From assembly GCF_009914755.1 (NCBI RefSeq), contig NC_060936.1: a stretch of DNA of 64,000 bases; one strand, 5' to 3'. A program made the translations under genes and the position numbers. The notes beneath the pieces were generated by a model. It saw only the letters and a program-made list of their open reading frames with translations. It had not been told where the DNA came from and did no database searches. Shown piece after piece: positions 1 through 20,380 of the stretch (positions are counted from its first letter, which is position 1; each line of letters starts with the position of its first letter). The DNA is from the human T2T-CHM13v2.0 reference genome, Homo sapiens.

Positions 1-173
1 GTAGCTGGGACTACAGGTGCCTGCCACTACGCCCGGCTAATTTTTTTGTATTTTTAGTAGAGACGGGGTTTCACCGTGTTAGCCAGGATGGTCTCGATCT
101 CCTGACCTCGTGATCCACCCGCCTCAGCCTTCCAAAGTGCTGGGATTACAGGCGTTGGCCACCGCACCCGGCC
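1..173 (-). mobile_element. AluY-type SINE, cut by the window edge
   Basis: GTGTTAGCCAGGATGGTCTCGATCTCCTGACCTCGTGATCC; Alu head ends ...CCCGGCC at 173. Confidence 0.95.
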
Positions 174-177
174 GACA

Positions 178-1167
<990 letters not shown>

Positions 1168-1187
1168 TTAAAAACAATTTCAAATGT

Positions 1188-1477
1188 GGCCGGGCGCGGT
1201 GGCTCACGCCTGTAATCCCAGCACTTTGGGAGGCCAAGGAGGGCAGATCACCTGAGGTCAGGAGTTCAAGACCAGCCTGATCAACATGGAGAAAGCCTGT
1301 CTCTACTAACAATACAAAATTAGCCGGACGTGGTGGTGCATGCCTGTAATCCCAGCTACTCAGGAGGCTGAGACAGGAGAATGGCTTGAACAGGGAGGCA
1401 GAGATTGGGGTGAGGCGAGATCCCACCATTGCACTCCAGGCTGGGCAACAAGACCGAAACTCCGTCTAAAAAAAAAA
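1188..1477 (+). mobile_element. AluSp-like
   Basis: Full dimer; AACATGGAGAAA diagnostic. Confidence 0.92.
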
Positions 1478-1478
1478 T

Positions 1479-1777
1479 GGCCAGGTACGGTGGCTCACGC
1501 CTGTAATCCCAGCACTTTGGGAGGCCAAGGCGGGCGGATCACAAGGTCAGGAGATTGAGACCATCCTAACACGGTGAAACCCTGTCTCTACTAAAAATAT
1601 AAAAAATTATCCGGGTGTGGTGGTGGGCGCCTGTAGTCCCAGCTACTCAGGAGGCTGAGGCAGGAGAAGGGTGTGAACCCGGGAGGCGGAGATTGCAGTC
1701 AGCCCAGATTGTGCCACTGCACTCCAGCCTGGGCGACAGAGCAAGACTCCGTATCAAAAAAAAAAAATAGAAAAAGA
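1479..1777 (+). mobile_element. AluY/Sc-like
   Basis: Full dimer directly following the previous Alu tail. Confidence 0.92.
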
Positions 1778-1872
1778 AATGGACAAACAACCCAGTGGCA
1801 ATAGAGAGTGATATGGAAAGACAATCTACAGAAAAGGAGGAAACGCAGTTGGCCAGTAAACATACCAAAACC

Positions 1873-3728
1873 AGGTCGGGCGTGATGGCTCACGCCTGGT
1901 AATCCCAGCACTTTGGGAGGCTTAAGCGGCAGGATCACCGGAGGTCAGGAGTTCGAGACCAGCCTGAACAACACGGTGAAACACCTAGTAAAAATACAAA
2001 AATTAACGAGGCGTGGTGGCGCACCTGTAGTCCTGAGAGGTGACAGCCTGCTGGCAGCCCTCCCAGCCCTCGCTGGCTCTGGGCGCCTCCTTGGCCTTGG
2101 CGCCCACTCTGGCCGCACTTGAGGAGCCCCCCTTCAGCCCGCTGCTGCGCTGTGGAAGCCCCTTTCTGGGCTGGCCAAGGCTGGAGCCGGCTCCCTCAGC
2201 TTGCAGGGAGGTGTGGAGGGAGAGGCGCGGGCGGGAACCGGGGCTGCGCAGCGGCGCTTGCGGGCCAGCGCGAGTTCCGGATGGGCGTGGGCTCAGCGGG
2301 CCCCCCACTCGGAGCGGCCGGCCAGCCGCGGGCAGTGAGGGGCTTAGCACCTGGGCCAGCAGGTGCTGTGCTCGATTTCTCGCCAGGCCTTAGCTGCCTC
2401 CCTGGAGCGCCGCCCCCTGCTCCAGGGCGCCAGGTCCCATCGACCGCCCTAGAGCTGAGTAGTGCCGGCGCACTGCGCGGGACTGGCAGGCAGCTCCACC
2501 TGCGGCCCCAGTGCGGGACCCACTGGGTGAAGCCAGCTGGGCTCCTGAGTGTGGTGGGGACTTGAAAAACCTTTTTGTCTAGCTAAGGGATTGAGAATAC
2601 ACCAATCAGCACTCTGTCTAGCTCAAGGTTTGTGAATGCACCAATCAGCACTCTGTGTCTAGCTGATCTGGTGGGGACTTGGAGTACCTTTATGGCTAGC
2701 TAAGGGATTGTAAATACACCAATCAGCACTTTGTATCTAGCTCAAAGTTTGTAAACACACCAATAAGCACCCTGTGTCTAGCTCAGGGTTTGTGAATGCA
2801 CCAATCGGCACTCGGTATCTAGTTAATCTGGTGGGGCCTTAGAGAATCTTTATGTCTAGCTAAGGGATTATGAATGCACCAATCAGCACTCTGTATCTAG
2901 CTCAAGGTTTGTAAAAGCACCAATCAGCACTCTGTATCTAGCTCAGGGTTTGTAAATACACCAATCCACACTCTGTATCTAGCTAATCTAGTGGGGACAT
3001 GGAGAACTTTTGTGTCTACCTCAGGGATTGTAAACGCACCAATCAGCACCCTGTCAAAACTGACCAATCAGCTCTCTGTAAAACAGACCAATCGGCTCTC
3101 TGTAAAATGGACCAATCAGCAGGATGTAGGTGGGGCCAGATAAGAGAATAAAAGCAGGCTGCCAGCTCCAGCCCTGGTAACCCGTTTGGATTCTTTTCCA
3201 CCTTTTAGGTGCTTTGTTCTTTGTAATAAATTTTAGTGCTGGTTATTCTTTGGGATCACACTGCCTTTATAAGCTGTGACGCTCACTGCAAAGATATACA
3301 GCTTTAGTCCTGAAGCTACGGAAAACATGAACCCACCAGGAGAAACGAAGAACTCTGGATGCGCTGTCTTAAGAGCTGCAACACTCAACAGCGAAGGTCT
3401 GCAGCTTTATTGCTGAGTCAGCAAGACTGCGAACCCACCAAAAAGGAAAAACTCCCAACACATTGGAACATCAGAAGGGACAAACTCGGGACACGCCGCC
3501 ATTAAGAACTGTAACAAACACCGCGAGGGTCTGCGTCTTTATTCTCGAAGTCAGCCAGACCGAGAACCCACGAATTCCAGACACAGACTCAGCTACTCGG
3601 GAGGCTGAGGCAGGAGAATCACTTGAACTCGCGAGGCAGAGGTCACAGCGAGCCAACATCACAGCATTGCACTCCAGCCTGGGCACAAGAGCAAGAGCAA
3701 ATCACCATCTTTAAAAAAAAAAAAAAAA
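1873..3728 (+). mobile_element. AluS split by an LTR12 (1873-2033 and 3586-3728)
   Basis: ...GCACCTGTAGTCC stops at 2033 and resumes CAGCTACTCGGGAGGCTGAGG after the LTR. Confidence 0.9.
2034..3585 (+). mobile_element. Solo LTR12 (ERV9; LTR12C-like) #1
   Basis: Starts TGAGAGGTGACAGC, ends ATTCCAGACACA; GC-rich 5' part; tandem CCAATCAGCAC/TCTAGCT repeats 2570-3120; TATA-like AATAAAA 3147-3153; poly(A) signal AATAAA 3225-3230; degenerate 4-bp TSD GTCC/GACT. Confidence 0.95.
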
Positions 3729-3729
3729 C

Positions 3730-4830
<1,101 letters not shown>

Positions 4831-5107
4831 GATAAAGCTCTGAAGCCAAGTGACGTGGAAATATTGGCTTTGCCTTACAAATAGCAGGGTGACCAACATC
4901 CTGTACATAAATCCTCACACACACAGCCCATTTCCTTGAAACAAATTCCTAGAAGTAAAAGAAATTGCTCGGTCAAAGGGCACAAAAATTAAGCCTTTTA
5001 TATATCCTCCCAAGAACTTTACCAATTTACCCTTCTATAGCATTATTATTTTTTATTACAGATTTGGTAATGTAAGTGGCAAAAACTATTATAAGATTAT
5101 TACTTTA

Positions 5108-5401
<294 letters not shown>

Positions 5402-5681
5402 TTAATACTCATTCCTTTCATTATTGGGAGAACATTTTCTAACATTGTCGATGTGTATTTCTTCTTTTGTGAATTTCTTGTTCATGTCTTTAGCTCATTT
5501 TTAACTGAGATGCTTATCTATATTGATCTATAAAAGCTCTTTAAAGATTAAAAATGTTAGTGTTTTCTCACATTGATATGAGGATTTTTTTTTTCAGTTC
5601 TTCACTTTAATATATATTGATGAGGGTTTTTTTTGTTGTTTGTTTTTTGATGTACAGGAGTTTGAGGAATCATCTCATGTT

Positions 5682-5997
<316 letters not shown>

Positions 5998-6667
5998 TAA
6001 GGATCTAGTAATCTAGGATGATCTATCTTGCCATCCTTGATTACATGTTCATAGCCAGGTTGACAGAAGAATCCAGGGGGTTACCAGGTGCTCAGTAAAC
6101 AAACTCAAGGATCTGAAATCTTCACTCCATCCCACTTGCTGCTTCCTTCTTCCCAAGCCCATTATGACTCCTTTAATGACCAGCAGCCCAGCGACTTTCC
6201 TCTGGCATGGCCTCAAGCACTGCTTCAGCTCCACCAGGAGCACCAAGGCACTAGAGGCCAGGCAGGAGCAGCCCAGGTGGAAGGCCCCAGGGCGAGGAGG
6301 AGCCCCAGCAGCCTGCCTCTTTCCCTTTCGGTGGGCCCTTCTTCTCCAACCTCCCATCCAACAGTCAGCACACGTGCCTTCCTCCTGCACCCTTGCTGAG
6401 CACACGCCCACGTCCACCCTGACCCCACACCCTGCACCCCAGAATGTCTGATTGGTCCCCGGAGGCATTGCTTCCCAGACACCTCTTGTGTTCAGCTCAC
6501 ACTGTTCCACCATCCAAATGTCCTGCCTCCTCCCCACTCCTCCTCTCTCCTGTTCATCCTTCCATGTCCCCCTCCTGCAGAGGGAGAATTTGTCATTTGG
6601 TGAACACCTTGCAAGTACCAGATACTCTGCTAGCTGCTTGTGAACACTGTGTTACTTCATCCTCCTC

Positions 6668-7743
<1,076 letters not shown>

Positions 7744-7924
7744 CCTTCTAACAACCGTTTGAGGGAAAGAGAGCGTTACTCTCATTTTATAGTTGAGGAT
7801 GCTGAGGCTCAGACAGGGTAAGGGCCTTGCCTAGGATCACACTGCTACCAAAGGCAGCCAGCATCTGAATCTACCTGATTACAAAGTCCGTGTTTTCTCC
7901 ACTATACCTATAACTCTTCCATAA

Positions 7925-8317
<393 letters not shown>

Positions 8318-8334
8318 TTTTCATGCATTTTTGT

Positions 8335-8460
8335 TTGTCTTATCTCCTCCAGTCTGAGCTCTCCTTAGAACAAGACCTTGCCTTACTCATCTCTGTATCT
8401 TCCAAAGTGCTCTGTCTGGAGCATAGCACATGGTAAGTGCTCCATAAATGTCTGTTGAAC
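8335..8460 (+). mobile_element. L2 3' end
   Basis: AGCACATGGTAAGTGCTCCATAAATGTCTGTTGAA. Confidence 0.65.
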
Positions 8461-8858
8461 TCCCTGCTAGTAGAACAATGATGTGGGTTAATTAGCATAT
8501 AATATTAAAATGTAGCTACAGAACTGAAACTGCAGATAAAAAAAATTGCTTAATACCCAAGGAAGTTGTTGCCTGCTCTCCAAATCATCAGCACAGAAGA
8601 TAGCACTCGTCACTGTGGTTGGGGAAATTGCACGGTGAAAGTCACAGGATGGCTCTGCAAGGGGGCAGGGACATCAGACTGGGGTCACGTTCCCATGTGG
8701 TATTCTGCGCCTGTAACTCATATGACACTCTGGCACTATTTCTAAATAACACTCAAGTGTCTGTTTTATCAGAGTATAACACACTTGGCTGGAATAGTTC
8801 ACTTACTGATATTCCACAATTTATGTAACCAGTTCCATATTATGGGATATTTATTTAG

Positions 8859-9174
<316 letters not shown>

Positions 9175-9796
9175 TACTTTTTTTTTTTTTTAATTAACAA
9201 TGCTGCAGTGAACATCTTTGAAGCTATATCCATGCACAACCCTCAGGATTACTCCCACAGGATGAAATCCTACATGTGGAGCACTGGGTCAGCCACCGTC
9301 CACATTTTCAGTGAGGCCTTTGACAATAAGGCCAAATGGCCCCCCTGAAAAATTGCAATGGTTTATAATGGTTGCAATGGTTTAATTACCCATTTGCTGA
9401 GTAGGATTTTGCCAGGTGGAAATGAGGGCAAAGGCACATCAGCTGCAAGGAAGGAAGTAAAAGCTTAGAAGCAGGCAAGCTCTGAGATGCTAAATCAGTA
9501 AGTAGGTGAATAAGCCAGTTGTTACAGCCTATAAAGGAGACTCACAGGAAAAGAGACCAAAGAGAGGAATAAGAGGCAAGTCCTCAGGGACCTTCAACCA
9601 GTGTAGGGGTTTATGTTCATCCTGTGACACCAGATGAGGCCCTCTGGCAGCAGTGGCATGTATTGTGAGAGGTCAGATGGAGAAAGGGAGATCCATTAGT
9701 GGTTGGTGGAACCTTCCCGGACAGGGAAGACGAGGGCCTGGAGGAGACCATGGGTTTGACAAGAGAAGAGCAGATACAGCCAACCACGTAACACAT

Positions 9797-10257
9797 TACG
9801 GTAGCAGAAGAACAGCCAAAGATGTCTACATCCCATCTCAAACCTCTGAATGCTACCTTACATGGCAAAAGGGATTTTGCAGATGTGAGCAAGTTAAGGG
9901 TCTTGAGATGGGGAGATGATCCTGGCTTACCCCAGAGTATCCTGCTGGGCCGATATAATCACAAGAGTTTTTATAAGAGGAGCAGGAGGGTCAGCATCAG
10001 GGAAGGAGATGTGATGATGCGAGCAGAGGTCATGCAACGCGGGGCCACGAGGCAAGGAATGTGTGCCCCTGGAAGTGGATAGAGGCGAAGAACAGGTTCT
10101 CCCATAGAACCTACAGAAGGAATCCAGCTCTTCCAACACACCTTGATTTTGATCCAATTCGAGCTTCTTACAATTACGAATTGTAAGATAAATTTGTGTT
10201 GTTTCAGGCCACTAAGCTTGTGGTCATTTGTCACTGCAGCAATAGAAAACTAATATA
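9797..10257 (+). mobile_element. MLT1D-like MaLR LTR
   Basis: CCTTACATGGCAAAAGGGATTTTGCAGATGTG ... GCAGCAATAGAAAACTAATATA. Confidence 0.85.
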
Positions 10258-11615
10258 GGCCAAGATATCATGCCACACAACCTGCTCCCTTGCCCTCATG
10301 GAGGGTGTCCCAAGGCAGCTTTGCCAAATAAGTTAGAGGACAATTAGTGCTGTGAGGCTCAAGGAAGAAGGATCCCTGAGGACCACAGTATGAGAGCCAT
10401 TAGAACTTGGGCTGATGTAAACAGCATTAAGTACAAATGGGAAGGGTGCGTGACCTCTGGGGGCGCATGGGGCAGGGCTGCTCAGAGGCAGGGGGATGGG
10501 TAAATTGACCTCTGCCTGTCTGAGGAGTAAGTTCTCCAGGTAACTAGTACAAAAGCAAAAGAACCTCAGGGGAGGAAAGGTTTTCTAGGAGGACCCATCT
10601 TTGTCTTTTCTTTGTATATTTGTAGCATCTCTCTTACGTAAATTCTGCAGGAAAGAGAATTTTCTTGGCAGTATGCGCCAAATAAATAAACACAGCAGTA
10701 TTTCTTAGGCCAGACGACCAGCTCCCAGCATAAAGCTGTAGCCCCCAGCGGAGAGGAAGCTGTCCTCCTCTACTTCCTCTCTTCTAAAGACAAACATCTT
10801 GTGCAAGAATAACATGCTCACTTCCTTCACAATCATCAAAATAGAGAGGACCCACCCACGCTACAATGTCAGAAGAATGGTGCAGCTTCAGACTCATCTT
10901 CCCTGGTTCTCAGGAACAATGACACCACATTATTGCTGCTATCGAGCTACAGAGAACTCAGACCATTACATCTGGTGGCATTCCTGGCCCCAGTAGTAGC
11001 ACAGCAGGATTCCTGACCCCAGAATCACTATCTCAAGACCTGGGGTTCTAATTTGAGAGGCAGAAAGTTACAGCAACTCAAATTTATATGCATCTTACAA
11101 AATAGCTTCAAAATACATAAATTGACAATTGACTTCAAAAAGGCTTTCTCAATTATCCATAGGTCAGGCAGATAAAAATCAGTAAAGATAGAAATTTTAA
11201 AAACAATGATCAGCCTAGGCAACAAAGTGAGACCTCATGTCTACAAAAAAAAGAAAAAATTAGCCAGGTGTAGTGGCACACATCTGTCATCTTAGCTATT
11301 CAGGAGGCTCAGGCAGGAGGATTGCTTGAGCCCCGAAGTTCCAGGCTGCAGTGAGCTATGATTGCACTGATGCAGGGCAAGTAAGCTCCCAAATTGGGAC
11401 TTAGCCCTGGAAGATTCTTGGCTTTGCTCAGGAAAGAATTCAAGAGCCAGCTGGTGGTAGAAGAAAACAGCTTTATGGAGGCAGCAGTGTGACAACTTTA
11501 TGACTACTCCTGCAGAGCAGGGCTAACCCCTAGGCAATGTGTTGAGAGCACCAGCTCAGGGGCAGGTCAACAGTCATACATATACCCACTTTCAATTACT
11601 TGCAAGTTAAGGTAT

Positions 11616-12998
11616 TGAGAGGTGACAGCGTGCTGGCAGTCCTCAGAGCCCTTGCTTGCTCTCAGCACCTCCCCTGCCTGGGCTCCCACTTTGGCGGCAT
11701 TTGAGGAGCCCTTCAGCCCCCCACTGCACTGTGGGAGCCACTTTCTGGGCTGGCCAAGGCTGGAGCCCGCTCCCTCAGCTTGCAGGGAGGTGTGGAGGGA
11801 GAGGCGCGAGCAGGAAGCAGGGCTGCGTGCCGCGCTTGCGAGTCAGCTGGAGTTCCGGGTGGGCGTGGGCTTGGCGGGCCCCACACTCAGAGCAGCCGGC
11901 CAGCCCTGCTGGCCCCGGGCAATGAGGGACTTAGCACCCGGGCCAGCAGCTGTGGAGGGTGTACTGGGTCCCCCAGCAGTGCTGGCCCACCGGCGCTGCG
12001 CTCGATTTCTCGCCGGGCCTTAGCTGCCTTCCCGCGGGGCAGGGCTCGGGACCTGCAGCCTGCCATGCCTGAGCCTCCCACCCACTCCATGGGCTCCCGT
12101 GTGGCCCAAGCCTCCCCGACGAGCACCACCCCCTGCTCCACGGCGCCCAGTCCCATCGACCACCCAAGAGCTGAGGAATGAGAGCGCACAGCGCGGGACT
12201 GGCAGGCAGCTCCACCTGCAGCCCCAGGTGCGGGATCCACTAGGTGAAGCCAGCTGGGCTCCTGAGTCTGGTGGGGACGTGGAGAGTTTTTATATCTAGC
12301 TCAGGGATTGTAAACACACCAATCAGCACCCTGTGTCTAGCTCAAGATTTGTGAGTGCACCAATCGACACTCTGTATCTAGCTGCTCTGCTGGGGCCTTG
12401 GACAACCTCTGTGTGGAAACTCTGTATCTAACTAATCTGATGGGGACGTGGAGAACCTTTGTATCTAGCTCAAGGATTGTAAACGCACCAATCAGCGCCC
12501 TGTTAAAACAGGCCACTCGGCTCTACCAATCAGCAGCATGTGGGTGGGGCCAGATAAGAGAATAAAAGCAGGCTGCCGGAGCCAGCATTGGCAACCCGCT
12601 CCGGTCCCCTTCCACAGTGTGAAGGCTTCGTTCTTTTGCTCTTTGCAATAAATCTTGCTATTGCTCACTCTGGGTGCACACTGCTTTTAAGATCTGTAAC
12701 TCTCACCGTGAAGATCTGCAGCTTCACTCCTGAGGCCAGCAAAACCACGAGCCCACCGGGAGGAACGAACAACTCCAGATGCACTGCCTTAAGAGTGGTA
12801 ACGCCCACCGCAAAGGTCTGCAGCTTCAATCCTGAGCCAGGGAGATCATGAACCCACCAGAAGGAAGAAACTCTGAACACATCTGAAAGTCAGAAGACAC
12901 AGACTCCAGATGTGCCACTTTAAGAGCTGTTAACTACGAGGGTCTGTGGCTTCATTCTTGAAGTCAGTGAGACCAAGAACCCACCAATTCCAGACGCA
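11616..12998 (+). mobile_element. Solo LTR12C #2
   Basis: TGAGAGGTGACAGCGTGCTGGCAG ... CCAATTCCAGACGCA; perfect TSD GTAT (11612-11615/12999-13002); AATAAA 12647-12652. Confidence 0.96.
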
Positions 12999-13057
12999 GT
13001 ATGGGTTATTCAGAAATTTCTAGAAAAATGGTGGTAACTTTCACGTGGTTGCCATGA

Positions 13058-13428
<371 letters not shown>

Positions 13429-13587
13429 AACTGGTGGGCATGTCATGGAGAGGTGTTTTCCCCGCCTCTTCCCTGTTTCAGCCAATCTTCAATCTGGTCC
13501 AGAGTAAGATCCTGCCTCCTACCTCAGCACCACTGCATTCCAGCCTGGACAACAGAGTAAGACCCTGTCTCAAAAAGCAAACAAACG

Positions 13588-13906
<319 letters not shown>

Positions 13907-13989
13907 CTATTATTGCATTTTTGGGCATTTATGCCAGAGAAATCTAAATAGTTTCATGTTAAATATTGTACGTGAATGTTCACAGAAGG

Positions 13990-14649
<660 letters not shown>

Positions 14650-14794
14650 TTATGCTGAGTGAAAAACAGCCAATCCCCAAAGGTTATATCCTGTATAATT
14701 TCATTTATATAAATTACAGAAATGGAGAACAGATTAGGGCTAGGGACAGGGGAGAGGCTGAGGGACTATGAGAGGAGTGTGGTTGTGTTTATAA

Positions 14795-15538
<744 letters not shown>

Positions 15539-15845
15539 GGCCAGGTGCAGCGGCTCATGCCTCTAATCCCAACACTTTGGGAGGCTGAGGCAGGCAGATC
15601 ACCTGAGGTCAGGAGTTCGAGACCAGCCTGACCATCATGGAGAAACCTCGTCTCTACTAAAAATACAAAATTAGCCGGGCATGGTGGAGATGCCTATAAT
15701 CCCAGCTACTCAGGAGGCTGAGGCAGGAGAATTGCTGGAACCCGGGAGGCAGAAGTTGCGGTGAAGCGAGGTCACGCCACCGCACTCCAGCCTGGGCAAC
15801 AGAAAGAGACTCACTCTCAAATAAATACATACAGACAGACAGACA
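15539..15845 (+). mobile_element. AluSp-like
   Basis: CCTGACCATCATGGAGAAACC; simple-repeat tail. Confidence 0.92.
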
Positions 15846-16019
15846 CCAGCATGACATTACATAGTGTAGCACAGCTTTGCCTAAAGGGAGGGGAAAAAAG
15901 GTGCAAACACCAGGCTAATTCAGAGAGGAGACTTCTCTTGCTGGGTGTCTCATTCCCAGCACCCTCATCCAGAAACCTAAATTCAGAATCCCTGCTACCT
16001 AGATTTCCCGGACCTACTC

Positions 16020-16480
16020 TACAACCGCTAGTATTTATTTGGTATCTGGGCTAGGCTCTTGGGATATGAAGGTGAGTGAAAAAACACACCATTCTCTGCC
16101 CTCATGGAGCTTATGATCTGTTGACAGGACCGACATTAATCCAAACAAATTATAACTACAAACAGTGATGAGAGTAAGACACGTGGTGCCAGGGAGGCAT
16201 ACAAGTAATAGATTCCCACCCAAACTGAGAGGGCCGGGGGGTGTGGGCAGAGAAGTCCTCCCTGAAGAGGTACAACTGAACTGAGTTCTATGGGATGAGT
16301 AGGAGTAAAGCCAGGCAAAGGTTGGTGGGCACACTTCAGGCCATGGGAATAGCACGTGCAAAGGCCCAGCTGCAGGAGGAGGCTACCTACCAAGACACTG
16401 AAAGACAGTCTGTGGCTGCAACACAGATCAGGGGAAGCATGGTGGACGACAGGGCTGGAGAGGTAGGAAGGGGTCAGATG
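16020..16480 (-). mobile_element. L2 fragment
   Basis: CTCTGCCCTCATGGAGCTTA, GGGAATAGCACGTGCAAAGGCCC. Confidence 0.75.
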
Positions 16481-16708
16481 AAACGTTACTCCTTTCTGCG
16501 ATGCATTTTGGTTTTCAGGGCAATTTCCCAGACCAGACTTCATTAGAGCCTTACGCTACCACCATGAGTTAGCAAGAGCAGGCAGTATTGTTCCCAATTT
16601 GCACATGAAGAAGTGAATGCTCAGCAAAGTTGTCAGAGGCATTCGAACCAGAATGACTCCATTTTGAGTGAGGACTAGGAAAATGAGGCTGAGACTTGCT
16701 GGGCTGCA

Positions 16709-16717
16709 TTCTCAGAA
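16709..16717 (+). promoter_or_regulatory. GAS (STAT) motif TTCTCAGAA within MER41
   Basis: Matches TTCNNNGAA; MER41 elements are known carriers of STAT1 sites; occupancy here is unknown. Confidence 0.45.
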
Positions 16718-16829
16718 AGTTAGGCATTATTAGCCTCTGCATGTTTACAGTTAAGGGAACAAATTAATCGTGTTTACTGAACAGGCCCAGACTTGGGAGT
16801 GTCCAGATAACCTGGTACAAAGGTATTCC

Positions 16830-17126
16830 TTTTTTTTTTTTTTTTTTGAGACGGAGTCTTACTCTGTTGACCAGGCAGGAGTGCAGTGGCACGATGTCGG
16901 CTCACTGCAAACTCTGCCTCCCAGATTCAAGCAATTCCCTGCCCCAGCCTTCCAAGTAGCTGGGATTACAGGCGCCCACCACCACACCCGGCTAATTTTT
17001 GTATTTTTAGTAGAGACAGGGTTTCGCCATGTTGGCCAGGCTGGTATTGAACTCCTGACCTCATGATCCACCCACCTCAACCTCCTAAAGTGCTGGGATT
17101 ACAGGCGTGAGCCACTGTGCCCAGCT
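16830..17126 (-). mobile_element. AluSg-like
   Basis: Full dimer; TSD ACAAAGGTATTCC. Confidence 0.93.
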
Positions 17127-18448
17127 GAACAAAGGTATTCCTAATTTTGCTTTAAAGATAATAATATCAATTCCTGCAAAATATAGTAATTAAGAAAATT
17201 AATCCTTTATCACAAACCTTGTAGCAGAGCACATCTCCCCATATATACAAGCATTGTACGTAGGTTGGATGCGTTCCTCCTCTTACTTTCGGGAACGTCC
17301 TACTGTGTCTATGGAGTGGATGTTCTTTCACCACTTTACTTCCTTAATAAACTTGCTTTGCCTTTGCACTGCGGACTCACCCTGAATTCTTCCTTGCTCG
17401 AGATCCAAGAACCCTCTCTTGGGGTCTGGATCGGGACCCCCTTTCCTGTAACATATTTCTGGCGAACACAGAAGGCACTATAGTACAGAAACCCTGACCC
17501 AACGGCTACCTTTGGGTAAATGGTGGAGTCCTGTAACAAAGTGACTTGCCAGAGGCCACGCAGCGAGGGAGTCAAACAGCCTATGCTTACTCCTTGCCCT
17601 CCAACTCCTGGCCCAGTGCTCTCTGCTCCCACTGCCTATTCCTGATCCTGTTCAGTCTTCCTTATGGTTCAGCTCCCAAATCCCAAAGTGAAGGCATCAG
17701 GTCTCACAGTTGGAAAGGACTTTAGGGAAGGACACCTCTTCTAGGATTCTCCCAATTTGCATCTTGCAAAACTGAAGGACCCCAGGGTCTCTGGCTGAGC
17801 TCTTCCTGATTTACTCTAAGATACAAGCAAAATCCTTTTAGTTCAGACTTGATTGGTGGGGAAAGGCCTTGGGATGATGTGAGCTGGACCAAGCAATCCC
17901 TGCCTATAATTTCATTAGTCCACAGTTCCAGGCTTCTACTTTGAGACACAGAAAATTTCTCTTGTGAACCAGGCCACATCCTCTCACAGGAGGCTTTTAC
18001 TCACACATTCACACGCCGTGAGAACTTTCTCCTTGTCTCTGTGCCTTCCTGAAACATAAGTATCATTAACTATTTAAAATGGACTTTCATACTACAGATG
18101 GTGAGTTGATTTAAGGAAAATACACTTATCTTATTCCTCTTCCTCAAATACTACAGGACAAAGTTTTCTGTTGTTCTAAATTTTTGGCTTCTCTCTGTGA
18201 AACTGAATTACCTGCTATAATTTGCACAGAAAATGTAATGCATCCCCCACTGTGGGCCTTGAGCAAGCTGCCACCTTCAAGCACCTTCAAGCCATTCACC
18301 AAGGATGGAACCTCTTGCTCAAAGAAGAAAGCCAAAGTGTTTAAGATACTGACCTGTAGCAAGCAAACAGTGAGACATAATCACACTCTTGACTTGAACT
18401 AATAGCGTATATATTTTATCACAAATCTTGGAAATGACAGAAGTCTTG

Positions 18449-18756
<308 letters not shown>

Positions 18757-18851
18757 TCAGATAGAGTCCTGGAGGTCTGAGGCTCTATCTGCTTCCTCCT
18801 CCATCTTGAGAAAGTGACTGACCCTCTCTGGCACTCTTTTACCCAAAGTAG

Positions 18852-19181
<330 letters not shown>

Positions 19182-19479
19182 CGTGTGTGTGTAATTCTTA
19201 TCTGTGTTTTTAAATGTGGATTTCCAGCTTCACTTGGAAGACTGGAAGTTGTTGGAAAGGCGGGTCTTCTCTCTTGGGATGGGCATGTTCTCTCCAGTTT
19301 CCAGTCCCTTCTACACCCTATCACATCTCCAACATGAGGTCCAAACCAGTTGTCATTTATCTTTTTACTTACTTCGTCTTTTTATTGAAGTACAAAAACA
19401 TTTCTTTGTAGCACTTCTCTATCAAGAGGGGAAAAAAATAAGACACACCAAGACAGCTGTAAGTTTCAAGAAAAATAAG

Positions 19480-19901
19480 AGGCCGGATTCTTTGTAGAAG
19501 CTGAAGAATATTCCTCTGCAATTGGTTGGCTTCCTCAGTGGTTCGGCTTCAGGATCCCGCAGAGGTTGGCTAAGGCCCAGTCAGCCAAAGGCGCCAGCAC
19601 GACTGGGACTGGAAGATCCACTTCCAAGACGGCTCATGCACGGTGCTGCCCAGCTGGTGCTGTAGCTGGCAGGAGGCCTGGATTCCCTGCTGCACTGGGT
19701 GACCAGATTTTCCCAGAGCAAGAGTCCAAGAGAGAGAAAAATGAAAGATACAAGGTTTTTTTATGATCTGGCCTCAGGAGTCTTATTTCCACAATATCCT
19801 ATTGGTTATACAAGTCAGCCCTACTCAACATCAGACTACACAAGGGTGGGACTGGTGAAATAAGATTCACTGGAGGGCTATCTTGAAAGGTGGATACCAC
19901 A
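19480..19901 (-). mobile_element. MLT1F/G-like MaLR LTR
   Basis: CTGGAAGATCCACTTCCAAGA, TTTTATGATCTGGCCTCAGGAGTC, ends ...TACCACA. Confidence 0.7.
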
Positions 19902-20380
19902 TAATTCCATGACGTTTATAAACGACATACCTAAAATATAAGGACATGAAAGTGTTTGAAGCAAAGCTGGAGTAGTTGTTAGTAATATGGGACAAAATAG
20001 ACTTTGGGGAAATAAAGCATTATTATGGCTAGAGAATGACATTAAATAATGACAAAAAATACAATCTACTAAGATTATTATAAACCTAGTAAAATAAGAA
20101 GATATGATTATAAAACTAAAAAATAAGCTTAATAAAATAGGTTTAAAATATATAAATTATAAAAATTAAAAGAACCCAGGGAGAAGTTGCCATATTTGCC
20201 ATCATAGTGGGAGATGTCAACACACCTCTCTCCGTTACTGTTAGATCAAAGAGACAAAAAATTAGAAAAGACAGAAAATTTGCACAATACAATTAATCAG
20301 CTTGATTTATTGGGCATAGATAGAATTCTCTACCCAGCAATTAGGGATGACACATTTGGAACATATATAAAAACTGACCA

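Larger units (their letters stand above)
16631..17538 (+). mobile_element. MER41-family ERV1 LTR inserted in a MIR, containing an Alu
   Basis: Starts TGTCAGAGGCATTCGAACCAG; CCAAGAACCCTCTCTTGGGGTCTGGATCGGGACCCC; AATAAA 17346-17351; ends TGTAACA; perfect TSD AAGT (16627-16630/17539-17542). Confidence 0.9.

Noticed and set aside
2570-3120. Regularly spaced repeats superficially like a CRISPR array
   Set aside because: These are the tandem CCAAT/CTAG enhancer repeats of LTR12; the spacers are not unique and the DNA is primate.
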